Notes under the pieces: model-generated
The model's input: only the letters and a program-made list of their open reading frames with translations
Told to the model about the DNA's origin: nothing
The model's database searches: none
Made by a program: the position numbers and the translations under genes
Assembly (NCBI GenBank): GCA_050010655.1
Contig: JBEKKP010000003.1
Span: 6,498 to 70,497, forward strand
From: Candidatus Dormibacteria bacterium
Lineage (GTDB): Bacteria > Chloroflexota > Dormibacteria > Aeolococcales > Aeolococcaceae
Direction of reading: 5' to 3'
Length of the DNA stretch: 64,000 nt
Shown: positions 1-10,355 of the stretch, one piece after another
How the letters are laid out: each line of letters starts with the position of its first letter
Position numbering within the stretch: the stretch's first letter is position 1

Positions 1-1
1 G

Positions 2-196
2 CCGTTGCCCGGCCAGTGGACCGAGGTGCTCAACACGGATGCGCTCCCGTACGGCGGCAGCGGCATCGGCAACATGGGCACGGTGGATGCGGAAGCCGAG
101 CCGATGCACGCTTTCGCGTATTCGGCGCGGCTGACCCTGCCACCGCTCGCCGTGCTCTGGCTCGCTCCTCCGGCCGCCGTCCCACCCATTGCTTAA
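2..196 (+). CDS. glgB: 1,4-alpha-glucan branching enzyme, C-terminal fragment (5' end lies outside the window)
   Basis: The tail ...SARLTLPPLAVLWL matches the conserved GlgB C-terminus (E. coli ...SLSLTLPPLATIWL). The reading frame is open from the window edge. Confidence 0.55.
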   Translation, partial: PLPGQWTEVLNTDALPYGGSGIGNMGTVDAEAEPMHAFAYSARLTLPPLAVLWLAPPAAVPPIA

Positions 197-335
197 CCCG
201 CGCCAGTTGGTGAGAATGGATGCAACCTGCGGGCCGAGAGTGGACGAACTGCGATAGATCACATGGGATCCATCGCGGGCACGTTGTCCTCGGACGACAC
301 CGCTCTTGAGCAGACACGAGGGGTATCCCACGACC

Positions 336-713
336 ATGAACAGCGACGAGGCCCGCACCCGGCTCCTGACTGAGCGGGCGCGCATCGAGGAGCTCCGGAC
401 CGCAGCGAACCGGCTCACCGCGGACGCCCAGGAAGCGACGGAGCGCGAGCTCTCCTCGGCAGAGCAGCACCCTGCGGAGCTTGCAAGCGAGACGATCGGC
501 CTCGAGATCGACCACAGCGTGCTGCAGCACGCCGATCTAGAGCTCGAGGAGCTCGAGGCGGCGGTCATTCGGGTTGACGTCGGCTCATACGGCAAGTGCG
601 AGGCCTGCGGGAACCCGATCAGCGAGGCCCGTCTGGAGGCGATCCCGACGGCGCGGTTCTGCATCGAGGACCAGGCGAAGCACGACAAGAACGGGCGGCG
701 CAACGGGCGCTGA
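336..713 (+). CDS. DksA/TraR-family C4-type zinc-finger protein
   Basis: C-terminal CEACGNPISEARLEAIPTARFCIED zinc-ribbon motif preceded by a coiled-coil region. An in-frame TTG at 306 is an alternative start. A GAGGGG sits upstream of the ATG at 336. Confidence 0.55.
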   Translation: MNSDEARTRLLTERARIEELRTAANRLTADAQEATERELSSAEQHPAELASETIGLEIDHSVLQHADLELEELEAAVIRVDVGSYGKCEACGNPISEARLEAIPTARFCIEDQAKHDKNGRRNGR

Positions 714-778
714 TTTCCGTTCAGTGCCCGAAGGGGACCGCGTCCGGCGGGAACGCGACCCAGAGGGCGCTCGCCGGG

Positions 779-2308
779 TCAGTGGCGGAAGTGCCGTTCT
801 CCTGCCAGGACCACGGCCATATCGAGGGCGTCGGCGGCCTGAGTGACCACGGGGTCGTTCTTGCTGCCGCCAGGATGGATGACCGATCGCACCCCGGCGT
901 TCCCAAGGGTCTCGAGGCCGTCCGGCATCGGGAAGAAGGCATCCGAGGCTGAGGCGGCGCCCCTTGCGCGATCCCCCGCGCGGGCGACGGCCAACTCAGA
1001 CGACTCGACCCGGGACATCTGACCAGCACCAACTCCCACCGCCATGCCGTCGCGGACGATGACCACGGCGTTGGACTTGACGTGCCGGACGACCCGCCAA
1101 GCGATCAGGAGGTCCCGCCACTCCGCGTCATCGGGCTGACGAACGCTCACCACATTCATCGCGGTGGGATCGGTGAGGACGCGGTCGCGGGTCTGGACGA
1201 GCAGTCCCCCATCGATGCTGCGCACGTCGAGCGGCTCGGACTGGGAAGGCCGATCGACGACGAGGACGCGAATCCGCTGCTTGGTGGCCAGGTGCGCGGC
1301 CGCCGCTTCGTCGATGCCGGGACAGACCACAGCTTCGAGGAACGTCTCGGTGAGCGCTTCGGCGGTGGCGAGATCGATGTGGCGGTTGATGCCGACGATC
1401 CCGCCGTACGCGGAGCGCGGGTCGCACTCGTATGCGCGGCGGTATGCGTCCACTGCGCTGTCGCCGACGGCGAAGCCGCAGGGGTTGGTGTGCTTGATGA
1501 CGCAGGCGGCCGGCTCTTCGAACTCGGCGACCAGTGCGCGAGCGGCATCGACGTCGAGCCAGTTGGTGAAGGAGAGCGCTGCGCCTTGCAGCTGGCGAGC
1601 GTGGGCCATGCCGCCGGGTGCCCCGGGAACCGAGTAGAGCGCGCCGCGCTGGTGCGGGTTCTCGCCGTAGCGGAGCTCGTGCAGCCGGCGCCCGCCAACG
1701 GTCAGCTCCTCGGGGAGGGTCGTTTCGGCCGAAGCACTTCGCAGCCACGCCGCGACCTGCGTGTCGTACGCGGCCACGTGGGCGAATGCCTCGGTGGCGA
1801 GGCGGTGGCGGGTCGCAATCGACACGGACCCGTGCTCACGCAATTCGCCGAGCACAGCTTCGTACTGCGATGGCGACACGACCACAGCGACCGAATCGCG
1901 ATTCTTCGCCGCGGCGCGGATGAGCGTGGGCCCGCCGATGTCGATGTTCTCGATGATCGTTTCCTCATCCGCCCCACTCGCCAGCGTGTCGGAGAAGGGG
2001 TACAGCGATGAGACCACGAGGTCGATCGGCTCGAAGCGGCTCTCGGCGAGCTGGCGCATGTGCTCGGGGTTGTCGCGCCGGGCGAGGATCCCCGCGTGAA
2101 TCGCGGGATGGAGCGTGCGAACGCGGCCGTCGAGCATCTCCGGGAAGCCGGTGATGTCGGCGACGGATTGCACCTCGACGCCGGCATCGATCAGCGCCCG
2201 GCTGGTGCTGCTCGTCGCCACGAGGTCGTACCCGTGTTCGACCAGGCCGCGCGCGAATTCGATCAGTCCAGTCTTGTCGCTCACGGACAGCAGTGCCCGC
2301 GTGGTCAT
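779..2308 (-). CDS. purH: bifunctional AICAR formyltransferase / IMP cyclohydrolase
   Basis: MTTRALLSVSDKTGLIEFARGLVEHGYDLVATSST...RVRTLHPAIHAGILARR is typical PurH (MGS-like N-domain plus AICARFT domain). The start at the internal Met overlaps the purN stop by 4 nt. The longer ORF upstream of that Met is rejected. Confidence 0.9.
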   Translation of the reverse strand: MTTRALLSVSDKTGLIEFARGLVEHGYDLVATSSTSRALIDAGVEVQSVADITGFPEMLDGRVRTLHPAIHAGILARRDNPEHMRQLAESRFEPIDLVVSSLYPFSDTLASGADEETIIENIDIGGPTLIRAAAKNRDSVAVVVSPSQYEAVLGELREHGSVSIATRHRLATEAFAHVAAYDTQVAAWLRSASAETTLPEELTVGGRRLHELRYGENPHQRGALYSVPGAPGGMAHARQLQGAALSFTNWLDVDAARALVAEFEEPAACVIKHTNPCGFAVGDSAVDAYRRAYECDPRSAYGGIVGINRHIDLATAEALTETFLEAVVCPGIDEAAAAHLATKQRIRVLVVDRPSQSEPLDVRSIDGGLLVQTRDRVLTDPTAMNVVSVRQPDDAEWRDLLIAWRVVRHVKSNAVVIVRDGMAVGVGAGQMSRVESSELAVARAGDRARGAASASDAFFPMPDGLETLGNAGVRSVIHPGGSKNDPVVTQAADALDMAVVLAGERHFRH

Positions 2309-2949
2309 ACCGGCGCCACCTCGGGTGCCGGTAGCACGCGGACTCGGTTGCCGACGCGCTGCAGCCGGTCGGTGCTCCAGAGCGCCACGGCCTGGGGGAG
2401 CAGTTCCCATTCGGCCTGGTGGATGCGCTGGCGGAGCGACGCCGCATCGTCGTCCATCTCGACGGGGACAGCCTTCTGAAGCACGATCGGTCCGCCGTCG
2501 GCCTCGCCACGCTCGAGCAACTGCACCGTGCACCCGGTCACACGAACGCCGCGCGCCAACGCTCGCTCGATTGCGTCCATGCCACCGGCAAAGGCCGGAA
2601 GCAGCGACGGATGCACATTGATGATTGCGTCGGGATACGCGTCGAGGAACTCGTCGCTCAGGATCCGATCGTAGCCGGCGCACACGACGAGACGGATACC
2701 GGCAGCCTGGAACCGCGCGCGGATCTCGCGGTCGCGGGCTTGCGGGTCACCGCCGAAATCCGCTTGCGGCAACGCCACAGCGGGCACACCCCAACCGAGG
2801 GCCACGTCAAGTGCGTGCGCGCTGCGCCGGTTCGAGACCACGAGCGCCACTCGAGCCGGAAATGCCGGGTCCCTGCACGCCTGCAGGAGCGCATCGAGGT
2901 TGGTCCCTGCTCCGGACACCAGCACGCCGACCTGGGTCCGTTCGCTCAC
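2305..2949 (-). CDS. purN: phosphoribosylglycinamide formyltransferase
   Basis: GVLVSGAGTNLDALL...VVCAGYDRIL...INVHPSLLPAFAG is the GART formyltransferase signature. It is translationally coupled to purM and purH. Confidence 0.85.
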   Translation of the reverse strand: MSERTQVGVLVSGAGTNLDALLQACRDPAFPARVALVVSNRRSAHALDVALGWGVPAVALPQADFGGDPQARDREIRARFQAAGIRLVVCAGYDRILSDEFLDAYPDAIINVHPSLLPAFAGGMDAIERALARGVRVTGCTVQLLERGEADGGPIVLQKAVPVEMDDDAASLRQRIHQAEWELLPQAVALWSTDRLQRVGNRVRVLPAPEVAPV

Positions 2950-3968
2950 TTCAGGATGACCCGCCGTGTGCCCGACTGGGGCACCACCTCACCGATGCGC
3001 CAGACCGGGATCCCCGCGGCTGAAGCGATTTCGGGAACGTCGGGCGGCACGATCACCACCATGCCCACGCCCATGTTGAAGGTGCGCCACATCTCCTCGA
3101 GATGCACGCCGCCTGCCTTCTGAATCGCGCCGAAGATCGCCGGAACGTCCCAGGTGGACCGCTCGATGGTTGCGGCAAGCCCCTCGGGAAGCACCCGCGG
3201 GACGTTGTCGATGACGCCACCGCCCGTGATGTGCGCCATCGCGCGGATGTCGGTCTGCGCGCGCACCTCGCGAATCGCGTGCAGGTAGCAGCGGTGCGGC
3301 TCGAGAAGGAGGTCGACGAGCGGCCGGTCGGTACCGGGAAGGACATCCGACCACTGCAGCTCGTGCTCGGCCACGATGTGGCGCACCAGCGAGTAGCCGT
3401 TGGTGTGCAGCCCGCTGCTCGGGAGTGCCAGCAGCACATCGCCCGCCTTCACCCGGCTGCCGTCGATGATCGCCGACGCCGTGACGGATCCGACGATGAA
3501 GCCGGCGATGTCGTAGTCGCCGAGTGCGTACACGCCCGGCATCTCGGCGGTCTCGCCGCCGATGAGCGCGCATCCGGCGGCGCGGCACGCCTCCGCGATC
3601 CCCTCGATGAGCTCGGCCAGCTGCTCCGGCACGAGCTTGCCGGTGGCGTAGTAGTCGAGAAAGAAGAGCGGGTCCGCGCCGCAGCAGAGGATGTCGTTGA
3701 CGCAGTGGTTGACCAGGTCCATGCCGATGCCGCGGTGACGTCCGGTGGCGATCGCGACCTTGACCTTGGTGCCGACGGAATCCGTGCTCGAGGCGAGCAC
3801 CCGCCCGTCGGGCGAGCCCGGCTCCAGCGCGAACAGCCCGCTGAAGGCTCCGATCCCGCCGAGGACCTGGCCGGTATGTGTGGATGCGATGGTGCGCCGG
3901 ATCAGGCTGACGGCACGGTTGCCCTCATCGATGTCGACACCGGCATCCGCGTAGCGAAGATCACCCAT
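2946..3968 (-). CDS. purM: phosphoribosylformylglycinamidine cyclo-ligase (AIR synthase)
   Basis: YADAGVDIDEGNRAV...GGIGAFSGLF...TDSVGTKVKVA...ALIGGETAEMPGVY is canonical PurM. Confidence 0.9.
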   Translation of the reverse strand: MGDLRYADAGVDIDEGNRAVSLIRRTIASTHTGQVLGGIGAFSGLFALEPGSPDGRVLASSTDSVGTKVKVAIATGRHRGIGMDLVNHCVNDILCCGADPLFFLDYYATGKLVPEQLAELIEGIAEACRAAGCALIGGETAEMPGVYALGDYDIAGFIVGSVTASAIIDGSRVKAGDVLLALPSSGLHTNGYSLVRHIVAEHELQWSDVLPGTDRPLVDLLLEPHRCYLHAIREVRAQTDIRAMAHITGGGVIDNVPRVLPEGLAATIERSTWDVPAIFGAIQKAGGVHLEEMWRTFNMGVGMVVIVPPDVPEIASAAGIPVWRIGEVVPQSGTRRVILK

Positions 3969-4091
3969 CTGGGAAGAGAGTGTATCGGCGGCTTCACACG
4001 GGACGCGGAATGGCGACGGGCATCGCAGGACGGCGTGGCGGTGTCACCATGTAGGCAACACGGTCCAAGTCCAGGAATCCTGCCCTAACTA

Positions 4092-5870
4092 GTGAATCCC
4101 ACCGACACGTCGGACCCGAATTATTTCCATCGGGTCGTCGATTGCCAGTGGGCCTGTCCGGCCCACACCAACGTCCCGGAGTACATCCGTCTGATCGCTC
4201 AGGGGCGGTACACGGACGCGTACATGTCCAACCGCGAATCCAACGTGTTCCCGGGGATTCTCGGGAGGACCTGCGATCGGCCGTGCGAGCCCGCGTGCCG
4301 GCGGACGAGGATCGACGGCGCGCCTGTCGCGATTTGCCGCCTCAAACGCGTCGCGTCCGATCTGCGCGGCGATATCGAGGATCGCCTCCCGGTGATTCCG
4401 ACGAACAAGAACGGGCGGCGGGTCGTCTGCGTCGGCGCCGGACCCGCGTCACTCACGGTCGCCAACGACCTCATGCCGCTCGGCTACGACGTGGTCATCC
4501 TCGAGCAGCACGAGACCGCGGGTGGCCTCATGCGGACCAACATCCCGGCGTTCCGCCTGCCTGCCGAGGTGCTCGACGAGGAGATCGCCACGATCGTCGA
4601 CATGGGCGTCGACCTCCGGCTCAACACGCCGGTCTCGAGCCTTCGGAGCCTGCTCGCGCAGGACTTCGATGCGGTGTTCATCGGCACCGGGGCGCCGCGA
4701 GGCAAGGATCTCGACATTCCCGGACGTCACGACAGCGACCGCATCCATATCGGCATCGACTGGCTCGAATCGGTCGCCTTCGGACACACCGAGAAGATCG
4801 GCGAGCGCGTGCTGATCATCGGCGTCGGCAACACGGCGATGGACTGCTGCCGCTCGTCGCTACGCCTCGGTGGCACCGCCATCAAGGTGATGGCGCGGCG
4901 TCCGCGCACCTTCTTCAAGGCTTCGTCATGGGAGCTCGAGGACGCGGAAGAGGAGGGTGTCGAAATCCTCGTCAACCACGCTCCGACCCGTTTCGTCATC
5001 GAGGACGGCAAGCTCGTCGGCATGGAGTTTCAGCGGCTCGAATGGGATGACCAGGCGCGCCGCTCGACGGTCATCGACAGCGTGGTGATCCCGTGCGACG
5101 ACGTCATCCTCGCCATCGGTCAGGAGAACGCCTTCCCCTGGATCGAGCGCGATCTCGGCCTCGAAGTCGGTGACTGGGACATGCCGGTGGTGGACCCCGT
5201 GACCTTCCAGTCCTCGCTCCCCGGTGTCTTCTTCGGCGGCGACTCGGCGATGGGCCCGAAGAACATCATCTGGGCGGTCGAGCACGGTCATCAGGCCGCT
5301 ATCTCGATTCACAACCATTGCGAAGGCATCGCGGTCACGTCCCGGCCGCCGCAAGGCGTCAACCTCGTGAGCCAGAAGATGGGGCTCACCGAGTGGAGCT
5401 ACAACAACGACTACAACCCGTCGAGCCGGCAGAAGATGCAACACGTCGAGCTGACGCACCGGTTCCAGAGCATCGGCACCGAGGTGGAGGTGGGGTTCTC
5501 CGCAGAGCAGACCGCGCGCGAGGTGCAGCGCTGTCTGAACTGCGACATTCAGACCGTCTTCGCTGCGCCGCTCTGCATCGAGTGCGATGCGTGCATCGAC
5601 ATCTGCCCGGTGCAGTGCCTGACCATCACCGAGAACGGTGACGAGGCCGACCTGCGCACGCGGTTGTCGGCTCCCGCGAAGAACCTCGACCAGGCGCTGT
5701 ATGTCTCCGCAGCACTGCCCCAGACGGGACGCGTGATGGTGAAAGACGAGGACCTCTGCGTGCATTGCGGCCTCTGCGCCGAGCGTTGCCCAACTGCCGC
5801 GTGGGACATGCAGAAATTCGAGCTCCTGCTCCCGCTTGCGCTCCTCACCCCGATTCCGGTGGCGACCTGA
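4092..5870 (+). CDS. glutamate-synthase beta-subunit-like NAD(P)H:FAD oxidoreductase fused to a C-terminal 2x[4Fe-4S] ferredoxin domain
   Basis: GTG start. N-terminal GltD-type Fe-S region (CPAHTNVPEYI...CDRPCEPAC), then a VCVGAGPASL dinucleotide fold and a second Rossmann motif GVGNTAMD. C-terminal CLNCD...CIECDACIDICP and CVHCGLCAERCP ferredoxin motifs. Stop lies 1 nt before korA. Confidence 0.75.
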   Translation: MNPTDTSDPNYFHRVVDCQWACPAHTNVPEYIRLIAQGRYTDAYMSNRESNVFPGILGRTCDRPCEPACRRTRIDGAPVAICRLKRVASDLRGDIEDRLPVIPTNKNGRRVVCVGAGPASLTVANDLMPLGYDVVILEQHETAGGLMRTNIPAFRLPAEVLDEEIATIVDMGVDLRLNTPVSSLRSLLAQDFDAVFIGTGAPRGKDLDIPGRHDSDRIHIGIDWLESVAFGHTEKIGERVLIIGVGNTAMDCCRSSLRLGGTAIKVMARRPRTFFKASSWELEDAEEEGVEILVNHAPTRFVIEDGKLVGMEFQRLEWDDQARRSTVIDSVVIPCDDVILAIGQENAFPWIERDLGLEVGDWDMPVVDPVTFQSSLPGVFFGGDSAMGPKNIIWAVEHGHQAAISIHNHCEGIAVTSRPPQGVNLVSQKMGLTEWSYNNDYNPSSRQKMQHVELTHRFQSIGTEVEVGFSAEQTAREVQRCLNCDIQTVFAAPLCIECDACIDICPVQCLTITENGDEADLRTRLSAPAKNLDQALYVSAALPQTGRVMVKDEDLCVHCGLCAERCPTAAWDMQKFELLLPLALLTPIPVAT

Positions 5871-5871
5871 C

Positions 5872-7689
5872 ATGGCGGCAGAGCATTTCGAGCAGACCCG
5901 CAGCAAGGTGAACGACTTCGCGCTGAAGCTCGCGAACGTCAACGGCACCGGCTCGTCGAGCGCGAACAACCTGCTGATGCGTTCGATCTTCCGGATGGGC
6001 GTGCCGGTGTCCGGCAAGAACCTCTTCCCTTCGAACATTCAGGGACTGCCCACCTGGTACGAGATCCGCGTGAACAAGGACGGCCACGTTTCCCGCGCCC
6101 GCGAGTACGACCTCATGGTGGCGATGAACGGGCAGACCTACGCGCGCGACATCGCCGAGGTGGCGGGCGGCGGATTCACGATGTACGACTCGTCATGGCC
6201 GCTCGACCGCGACCTGATCCGCGAGGACGTGACCTACCTCGGCGTGCCGCTCGCCGAGCTGTGCAACGACGAGTTTCGCGGTCCGCGCGAGCGCATTCTC
6301 ATGAAGAACATTGCGTGCGCGGGAGCGCTCGTCGCGATGCTCGGCATCGACATGGACGTGATCGCGCAACTGCTCACCGAGCAGTTCGCAGGCAAGGATC
6401 GACTCCGCGAGTCCAACCAGCGAGCGCTCCGTCTCGGCTACGACTTCGCGACGTCGCATTTCGACTATCCACTCCCGTGCCGGATCGAACCGATGAACGC
6501 GACTGCCGGTTCCATCCTCATCGACGGCAACACCGCGGCGGCACTTGGATGCGTGTACGCGGGCGCAACAGTTGCGGCCTGGTATCCGATCACACCGTCG
6601 ACGTCGCTGATGGACGCATTTGCCAAGTACTGCGCCAAATTCCGGCGCGATCCGGTGACCGGTCAGAACAACTACCTCGTGCTGCAGGCCGAGGATGAGC
6701 TTGCCGCAATCGGCATGGTGCTCGGCGCGTCGTGGGCCGGAGCACGTGCATTCACGTCGACATCGGGGCCAGGAATATCGCTCATGCAGGAACTGCTCGG
6801 CATGGGCTACTACGCGGAGATCCCAGCAGTGGTGTTCGACGTGCAGCGCGTCGGCCCGTCGACGGGGATGCCCACACGCGTGCAGCAGGCCGACATTCTG
6901 GCGTGCGCGTATGCGTCGCACGGCGATACCAAGCACATCCTGCTGTTCCCTTCGAGTCCGGCGGAGTGCTTCCAGATGGCACCTGTCGCCTTCGACCTCG
7001 CGGAGCGATTCCAGACACCGGTCTTCGTGCTGTCCGACCTCGACATCGGTATGAACGACTGGGTGAGCCCCGCACTCGAATGGGACGACTCGTATGTGCC
7101 CGATCGCGGCCGCGTCCTCGACGCAGGCGACCTGCGCGAGCTCGAGGTCTTCCACCGTTACGAGCCAGCCGATACGGAGTCGGTCGCGGCGCGCACCCTC
7201 CCCGGCGTGAGCGAGCTCGGCGCATATTTCACGCGCGGCTCGGGTCACACCATCGAAGGTGCGTATACCGAATATCCCGAGGAATACCAGGCCGTCCTCG
7301 ATCGCCTCGCGCGCAAGCACACGGCCGCTGCGGAGCACACCCCTGCGCCGCTCGTGGACCAGCGCGCACATTCCCCGCTCGCGATCGTGACCTTGGGCAG
7401 TTGCGAGCTCGCCGTCCTGGAGGCGATCGAGATCCTCGCAAAACAGGGGATCGCCGCCGATTACATGCGCATCCGTGGCTTTCCATTCGGCGCCGGCGTG
7501 CGCGCGTTCCTCGATGATCACGAGACGCTCGTTGTCGTCGAGCAGAACCGCGATGCCCAGTTGCGCACTCTGCTCACCCTCGAGACACCCGTTCCGAAGG
7601 AGAAGCTGCGGTCCGTTCTGGCGTACGGGGGCTACCCGCTCAGTGCAGACGATGTCGTCGACGGCGTCGTCAAAATCGTGGGGGCCTGA
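5872..7689 (+). CDS. korA: 2-oxoglutarate:ferredoxin oxidoreductase alpha subunit (gamma-alpha fusion)
   Basis: KorA/PorA-like sequence throughout (SGKNLFPSNIQGLPTWYEIR..., GCVYAGATVAAWYPITPSTS..., QAEDELAAIGMVLGAS). The ATG at 5872 lies 1 nt after the upstream stop. Confidence 0.85.
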   Translation: MAAEHFEQTRSKVNDFALKLANVNGTGSSSANNLLMRSIFRMGVPVSGKNLFPSNIQGLPTWYEIRVNKDGHVSRAREYDLMVAMNGQTYARDIAEVAGGGFTMYDSSWPLDRDLIREDVTYLGVPLAELCNDEFRGPRERILMKNIACAGALVAMLGIDMDVIAQLLTEQFAGKDRLRESNQRALRLGYDFATSHFDYPLPCRIEPMNATAGSILIDGNTAAALGCVYAGATVAAWYPITPSTSLMDAFAKYCAKFRRDPVTGQNNYLVLQAEDELAAIGMVLGASWAGARAFTSTSGPGISLMQELLGMGYYAEIPAVVFDVQRVGPSTGMPTRVQQADILACAYASHGDTKHILLFPSSPAECFQMAPVAFDLAERFQTPVFVLSDLDIGMNDWVSPALEWDDSYVPDRGRVLDAGDLRELEVFHRYEPADTESVAARTLPGVSELGAYFTRGSGHTIEGAYTEYPEEYQAVLDRLARKHTAAAEHTPAPLVDQRAHSPLAIVTLGSCELAVLEAIEILAKQGIAADYMRIRGFPFGAGVRAFLDDHETLVVVEQNRDAQLRTLLTLETPVPKEKLRSVLAYGGYPLSADDVVDGVVKIVGA

Positions 7690-7691
7690 CC

Positions 7692-8741
7692 ATGCCATCC
7701 ATCGTCAAACCCGTGGTGACGCATCCCGGACTCGAACGCAACGCGCTCGGTTTGACGATTCGTGACTACGAGGGCGGCATGTCGACGTTGTGCGCCGGCT
7801 GCGGCCATGACTCGGTCACCGCCGCAATCACGCACGCCCTCTGGGAGAGCGACACGCCACCGCACATGATCGCCAAGTTGAGCGGCATCGGCTGCTCCGC
7901 CAAGACCGCCGCGTACTTCGCTCGCGGCGCGCATGGGTTCAACGGCTGTCACGGCCGCATGCCACCGATCGCCACCGGAGCGAGCGCCGCCAACCGCGAC
8001 CTGCTGTGCATCGGCATCTCCGGTGACGGCGATTCGTTGTCGATCGGCCTCGGCCACCTCGCGCACCTGGTGAGGCGCAACGTGCGCATGGTCTATGTCA
8101 TCGAGAACAACGGCGTGTACGGGCTGACCAAGGGCCAGTTCTCCGCGTCGGCAGATATCGGTTCCACCACCAAGCGCGGCGAGGCCAATCATCTGCAGCC
8201 CATCGATCCGATCATGCTCGGGCTCTCGATTGGCGCGACATTCCTCGCACGTGGATTCTCGGGCGACAAGCGCCAGTTGGTGCCGATCTTCCGCGCGGCA
8301 ATGGCCCATCGCGGGCTCGCGATCATCGACGTCATCTCGCCGTGCGTCACGTTCAACGACCACGAGGGCTCGACCAAGAGCTATCTCTTCACGCGTCAGC
8401 ACGACGTGCAGATGACGGTCACCGATTTCGTGCCACCGGCTGAAGAGATCTCGGCAACGATCCCCGCCGAAGGCGTGGTCAGCATTCCGATGCACGACGG
8501 CGCGACGTTGCGCTTCCGCAGTGTCCCGGACGGCTACGACCCCACAGACCGGATGGCCGTCATGGAGCACCTGATGGCGTCGCGCGGCCGCGGAGAGATC
8601 GTGACCGGGCTCCTGTACATCGACGAGCAGTCATCCGATCTGCACGAGCTCGGCAACACCACCGCGACACCGCTGACGCAGGTGCCGTACGAGCAGCTCA
8701 CCCCGGGTTCGGCGGCGCTCGCAGGTATCGGCTTCCGCTGA
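7692..8741 (+). CDS. korB: 2-oxoglutarate:ferredoxin oxidoreductase beta subunit (TPP-binding)
   Basis: TPP-binding beta subunit motifs CAGCGHDSV...GIGCS...GDGDSLSIGLGHLAHLVRRNV...IENNGVYGLTKGQ. Start is 2 nt after the korA stop. Confidence 0.85.
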   Translation: MPSIVKPVVTHPGLERNALGLTIRDYEGGMSTLCAGCGHDSVTAAITHALWESDTPPHMIAKLSGIGCSAKTAAYFARGAHGFNGCHGRMPPIATGASAANRDLLCIGISGDGDSLSIGLGHLAHLVRRNVRMVYVIENNGVYGLTKGQFSASADIGSTTKRGEANHLQPIDPIMLGLSIGATFLARGFSGDKRQLVPIFRAAMAHRGLAIIDVISPCVTFNDHEGSTKSYLFTRQHDVQMTVTDFVPPAEEISATIPAEGVVSIPMHDGATLRFRSVPDGYDPTDRMAVMEHLMASRGRGEIVTGLLYIDEQSSDLHELGNTTATPLTQVPYEQLTPGSAALAGIGFR

Positions 8742-8766
8742 TCGGCGGCCGACGGCGATCGCTCCT

Positions 8767-9990
8767 TTACGCAGGGAGCGCGTTGCGTGCTTGCATCAAG
8801 AACGTCCGCTCGACGGCGTTGGAAGTGAGCTCGACGGCGAGGACGTACTCGGCACGCGCGTCATCGTTGCGGCCGACCCTGCTCAGCAGATCGGCCCTCA
8901 CGGCGTGGAACAAGTAGTACTCGCCGAAGTCGAGACGGTCCACTGCGTCCAGCGCCACTGAGGCGCCGCGCACCTCCGCGAGGGCGACCGCACGGTTGAG
9001 CGCAACGACGGGCGTCGGGTTCAGCGCGAGCAACTGGTCGTACAGCTGGAGGATCTGTCCCCACTCGGTGTCGGCTGCGCGCGCAGCATCGCTGTGGACC
9101 GCACTGATCGCGGCCTGGATCTGATACGGACCAGGCTGATTGCGCCGCAGGCACTCGCGGACGATCTGCTGGCCCTCTTCGATGAGCGAGCGATCCCACA
9201 TCGAACGATCCTGATCGTCGAGGAGCACGAGATCTCCGCTCGCCGATGTCCGGCTGCGCTGGCGCGAGTGGACGAGCAGCATGAGCGCGAGCAGGCCGAG
9301 CACCTCGGGCTCGTCCGGCATGAGCTCGGTGAGGATCCGGCCAAGGCGGATCGCCTCGACGCACAGGTCTGCGCGATCAAGGCGCTCGCCGGAGCTCGCC
9401 ACGTACCCCTCGTTGAAGATCAGATAGACCACCGTGAGCACCGCGCTGAGCCGGGCTGCAAGTTCCGTCGATGCCGGCACGCGATACGGGATTCCGGCGT
9501 CCCGAATCTTGTGCTTGGCTCGCACGATGCGCTGCGCCATGGTCGCCTCGGGGACGATGAATGCACGCGCGATTTCCGTGGTCGAGAGACCACCCAGCAA
9601 CCGCAGTGTCAGCGCGATCTGTACCTCCGTGGCGAGTGCGGGATGGCAGCAGGTGAAGATCAGCCGGAGGCGCTCGTCGCGCACTGGTCCGTCGTCGATC
9701 GGGTTGCGTTCCGCCTGCATCAGCGCGGCCTTGGCGTAGCGATCAGCTCGCGCGGCGTCACCGCGAAGACGATCAATTGCACGGCGCCTTGCCGTGGTGA
9801 TGATCCAGCCCGCCGGGCTGGGAGGCAGTCCCGTCTCCGGCCACCGCTGCACCGCAACGGTGAACGCTTCCTGGACTGCCTCCTCAGCGATGTCGATGTC
9901 CCCGAACGATCGGACGAGCACGGCCACGGCACGCCCGAACTCCTCGCGGAACACACGCTCGATCTCCGAATCACTCACCCGCGGCATGTC
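8767..9990 (-). CDS. ECF-type sigma-70 factor with a long C-terminal extension
   Basis: Sigma-70 region 2 and region 4 ([15 protein letters not shown]...; [36 protein letters not shown]) followed by an extension of about 230 aa. The start at the internal Met [13 protein letters not shown] lies immediately after the upstream YciI-like gene. Confidence 0.75.
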   Translation of the reverse strand, partial: DMPRVSDSEIERVFREEFGRAVAVLVRSFGDIDIAEEAVQEAFTVAVQRWPETGLPPSPAGWIITTARRRAIDRLRGDAARADRYAKAALMQAERNPIDDGPVRDERLRLIFTCCHPALATEVQIALTLRLLGGLSTTEIARAFIVPEATMAQRIVRAKHKIRDAGIPYRVPASTELAARLSAVLTVVYLIFNEGYVASSGERLDRADLCVEAIRLGRILTELMPDEPEVLGLLALMLLVHSRQRSRTSASGDLVLLDDQDRSMWDRSLIEEGQQIVRECLRRNQPGPYQIQAAISAVHSDAARAADTEWGQILQLYDQLLALNPTPVVALNRAVALAEVRGASVALDAVDRLDFGEYYLFHAVRADLLSRVGRNDDARAEYVLAVELTSNAVERTFLMQARNALPA

Positions 9991-9995
9991 TGGAA

Positions 9996-10355
9996 TCAGG
10001 CGTCCGGCGGCGCATCCTGGAACGGCCGGACCTCGATCGGAGCGACACACGCGACAGTCGCCTTGCGCGCCCACGCGAGCGCGGCGTCGAGGTCCTCCGC
10101 CTGAATGATCCAGAAGCCGCCGATGCGCTCCTTGGCCTCTGCGTACGGGCCGTCGGTGGTGACCACAGCGCCGTCCCTGACGCTCACCACCGATGCCGTG
10201 CTGTCGTTGTGCAAGCCGCCGGCGAAGATCCAGGCGCCCGCCGCCATCAGCTCCGCGTTGATCACATCGACGTCGCGGATACTCTTGGCCATCACCTCGG
10301 GCGCCAACGCTGGGCCCTTGTCTGCGTGATAGACGCTGAGCATGTACTGCTTCAT
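9996..10355 (-). CDS. YciI-like (YCII-related) domain protein
   Basis: [14 protein letters not shown]...[21 protein letters not shown] has the Dabb/YciI fold signature. It pairs with the downstream ECF sigma factor as a typical operon. Confidence 0.7.
   Translation of the reverse strand: MKQYMLSVYHADKGPALAPEVMAKSIRDVDVINAELMAAGAWIFAGGLHNDSTASVVSVRDGAVVTTDGPYAEAKERIGGFWIIQAEDLDAALAWARKATVACVAPIEVRPFQDAPPDA

Noticed and set aside
1082-2187. Multiple long ORFs (up to 309 aa) on both strands inside the purH locus
   Set aside because: They are antisense to or out of frame with a clearly conserved purH. They have Arg/Ala/Pro-rich low-complexity translations typical of high-GC frame artefacts.
5836-5871. 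Alternative korA start at 5836 (MRSSPRFRWRPD...)
   Set aside because: It overlaps the upstream gene by 35 nt. The ATG at 5872 gives the conserved MAAEHFEQ N-terminus right after the upstream stop.
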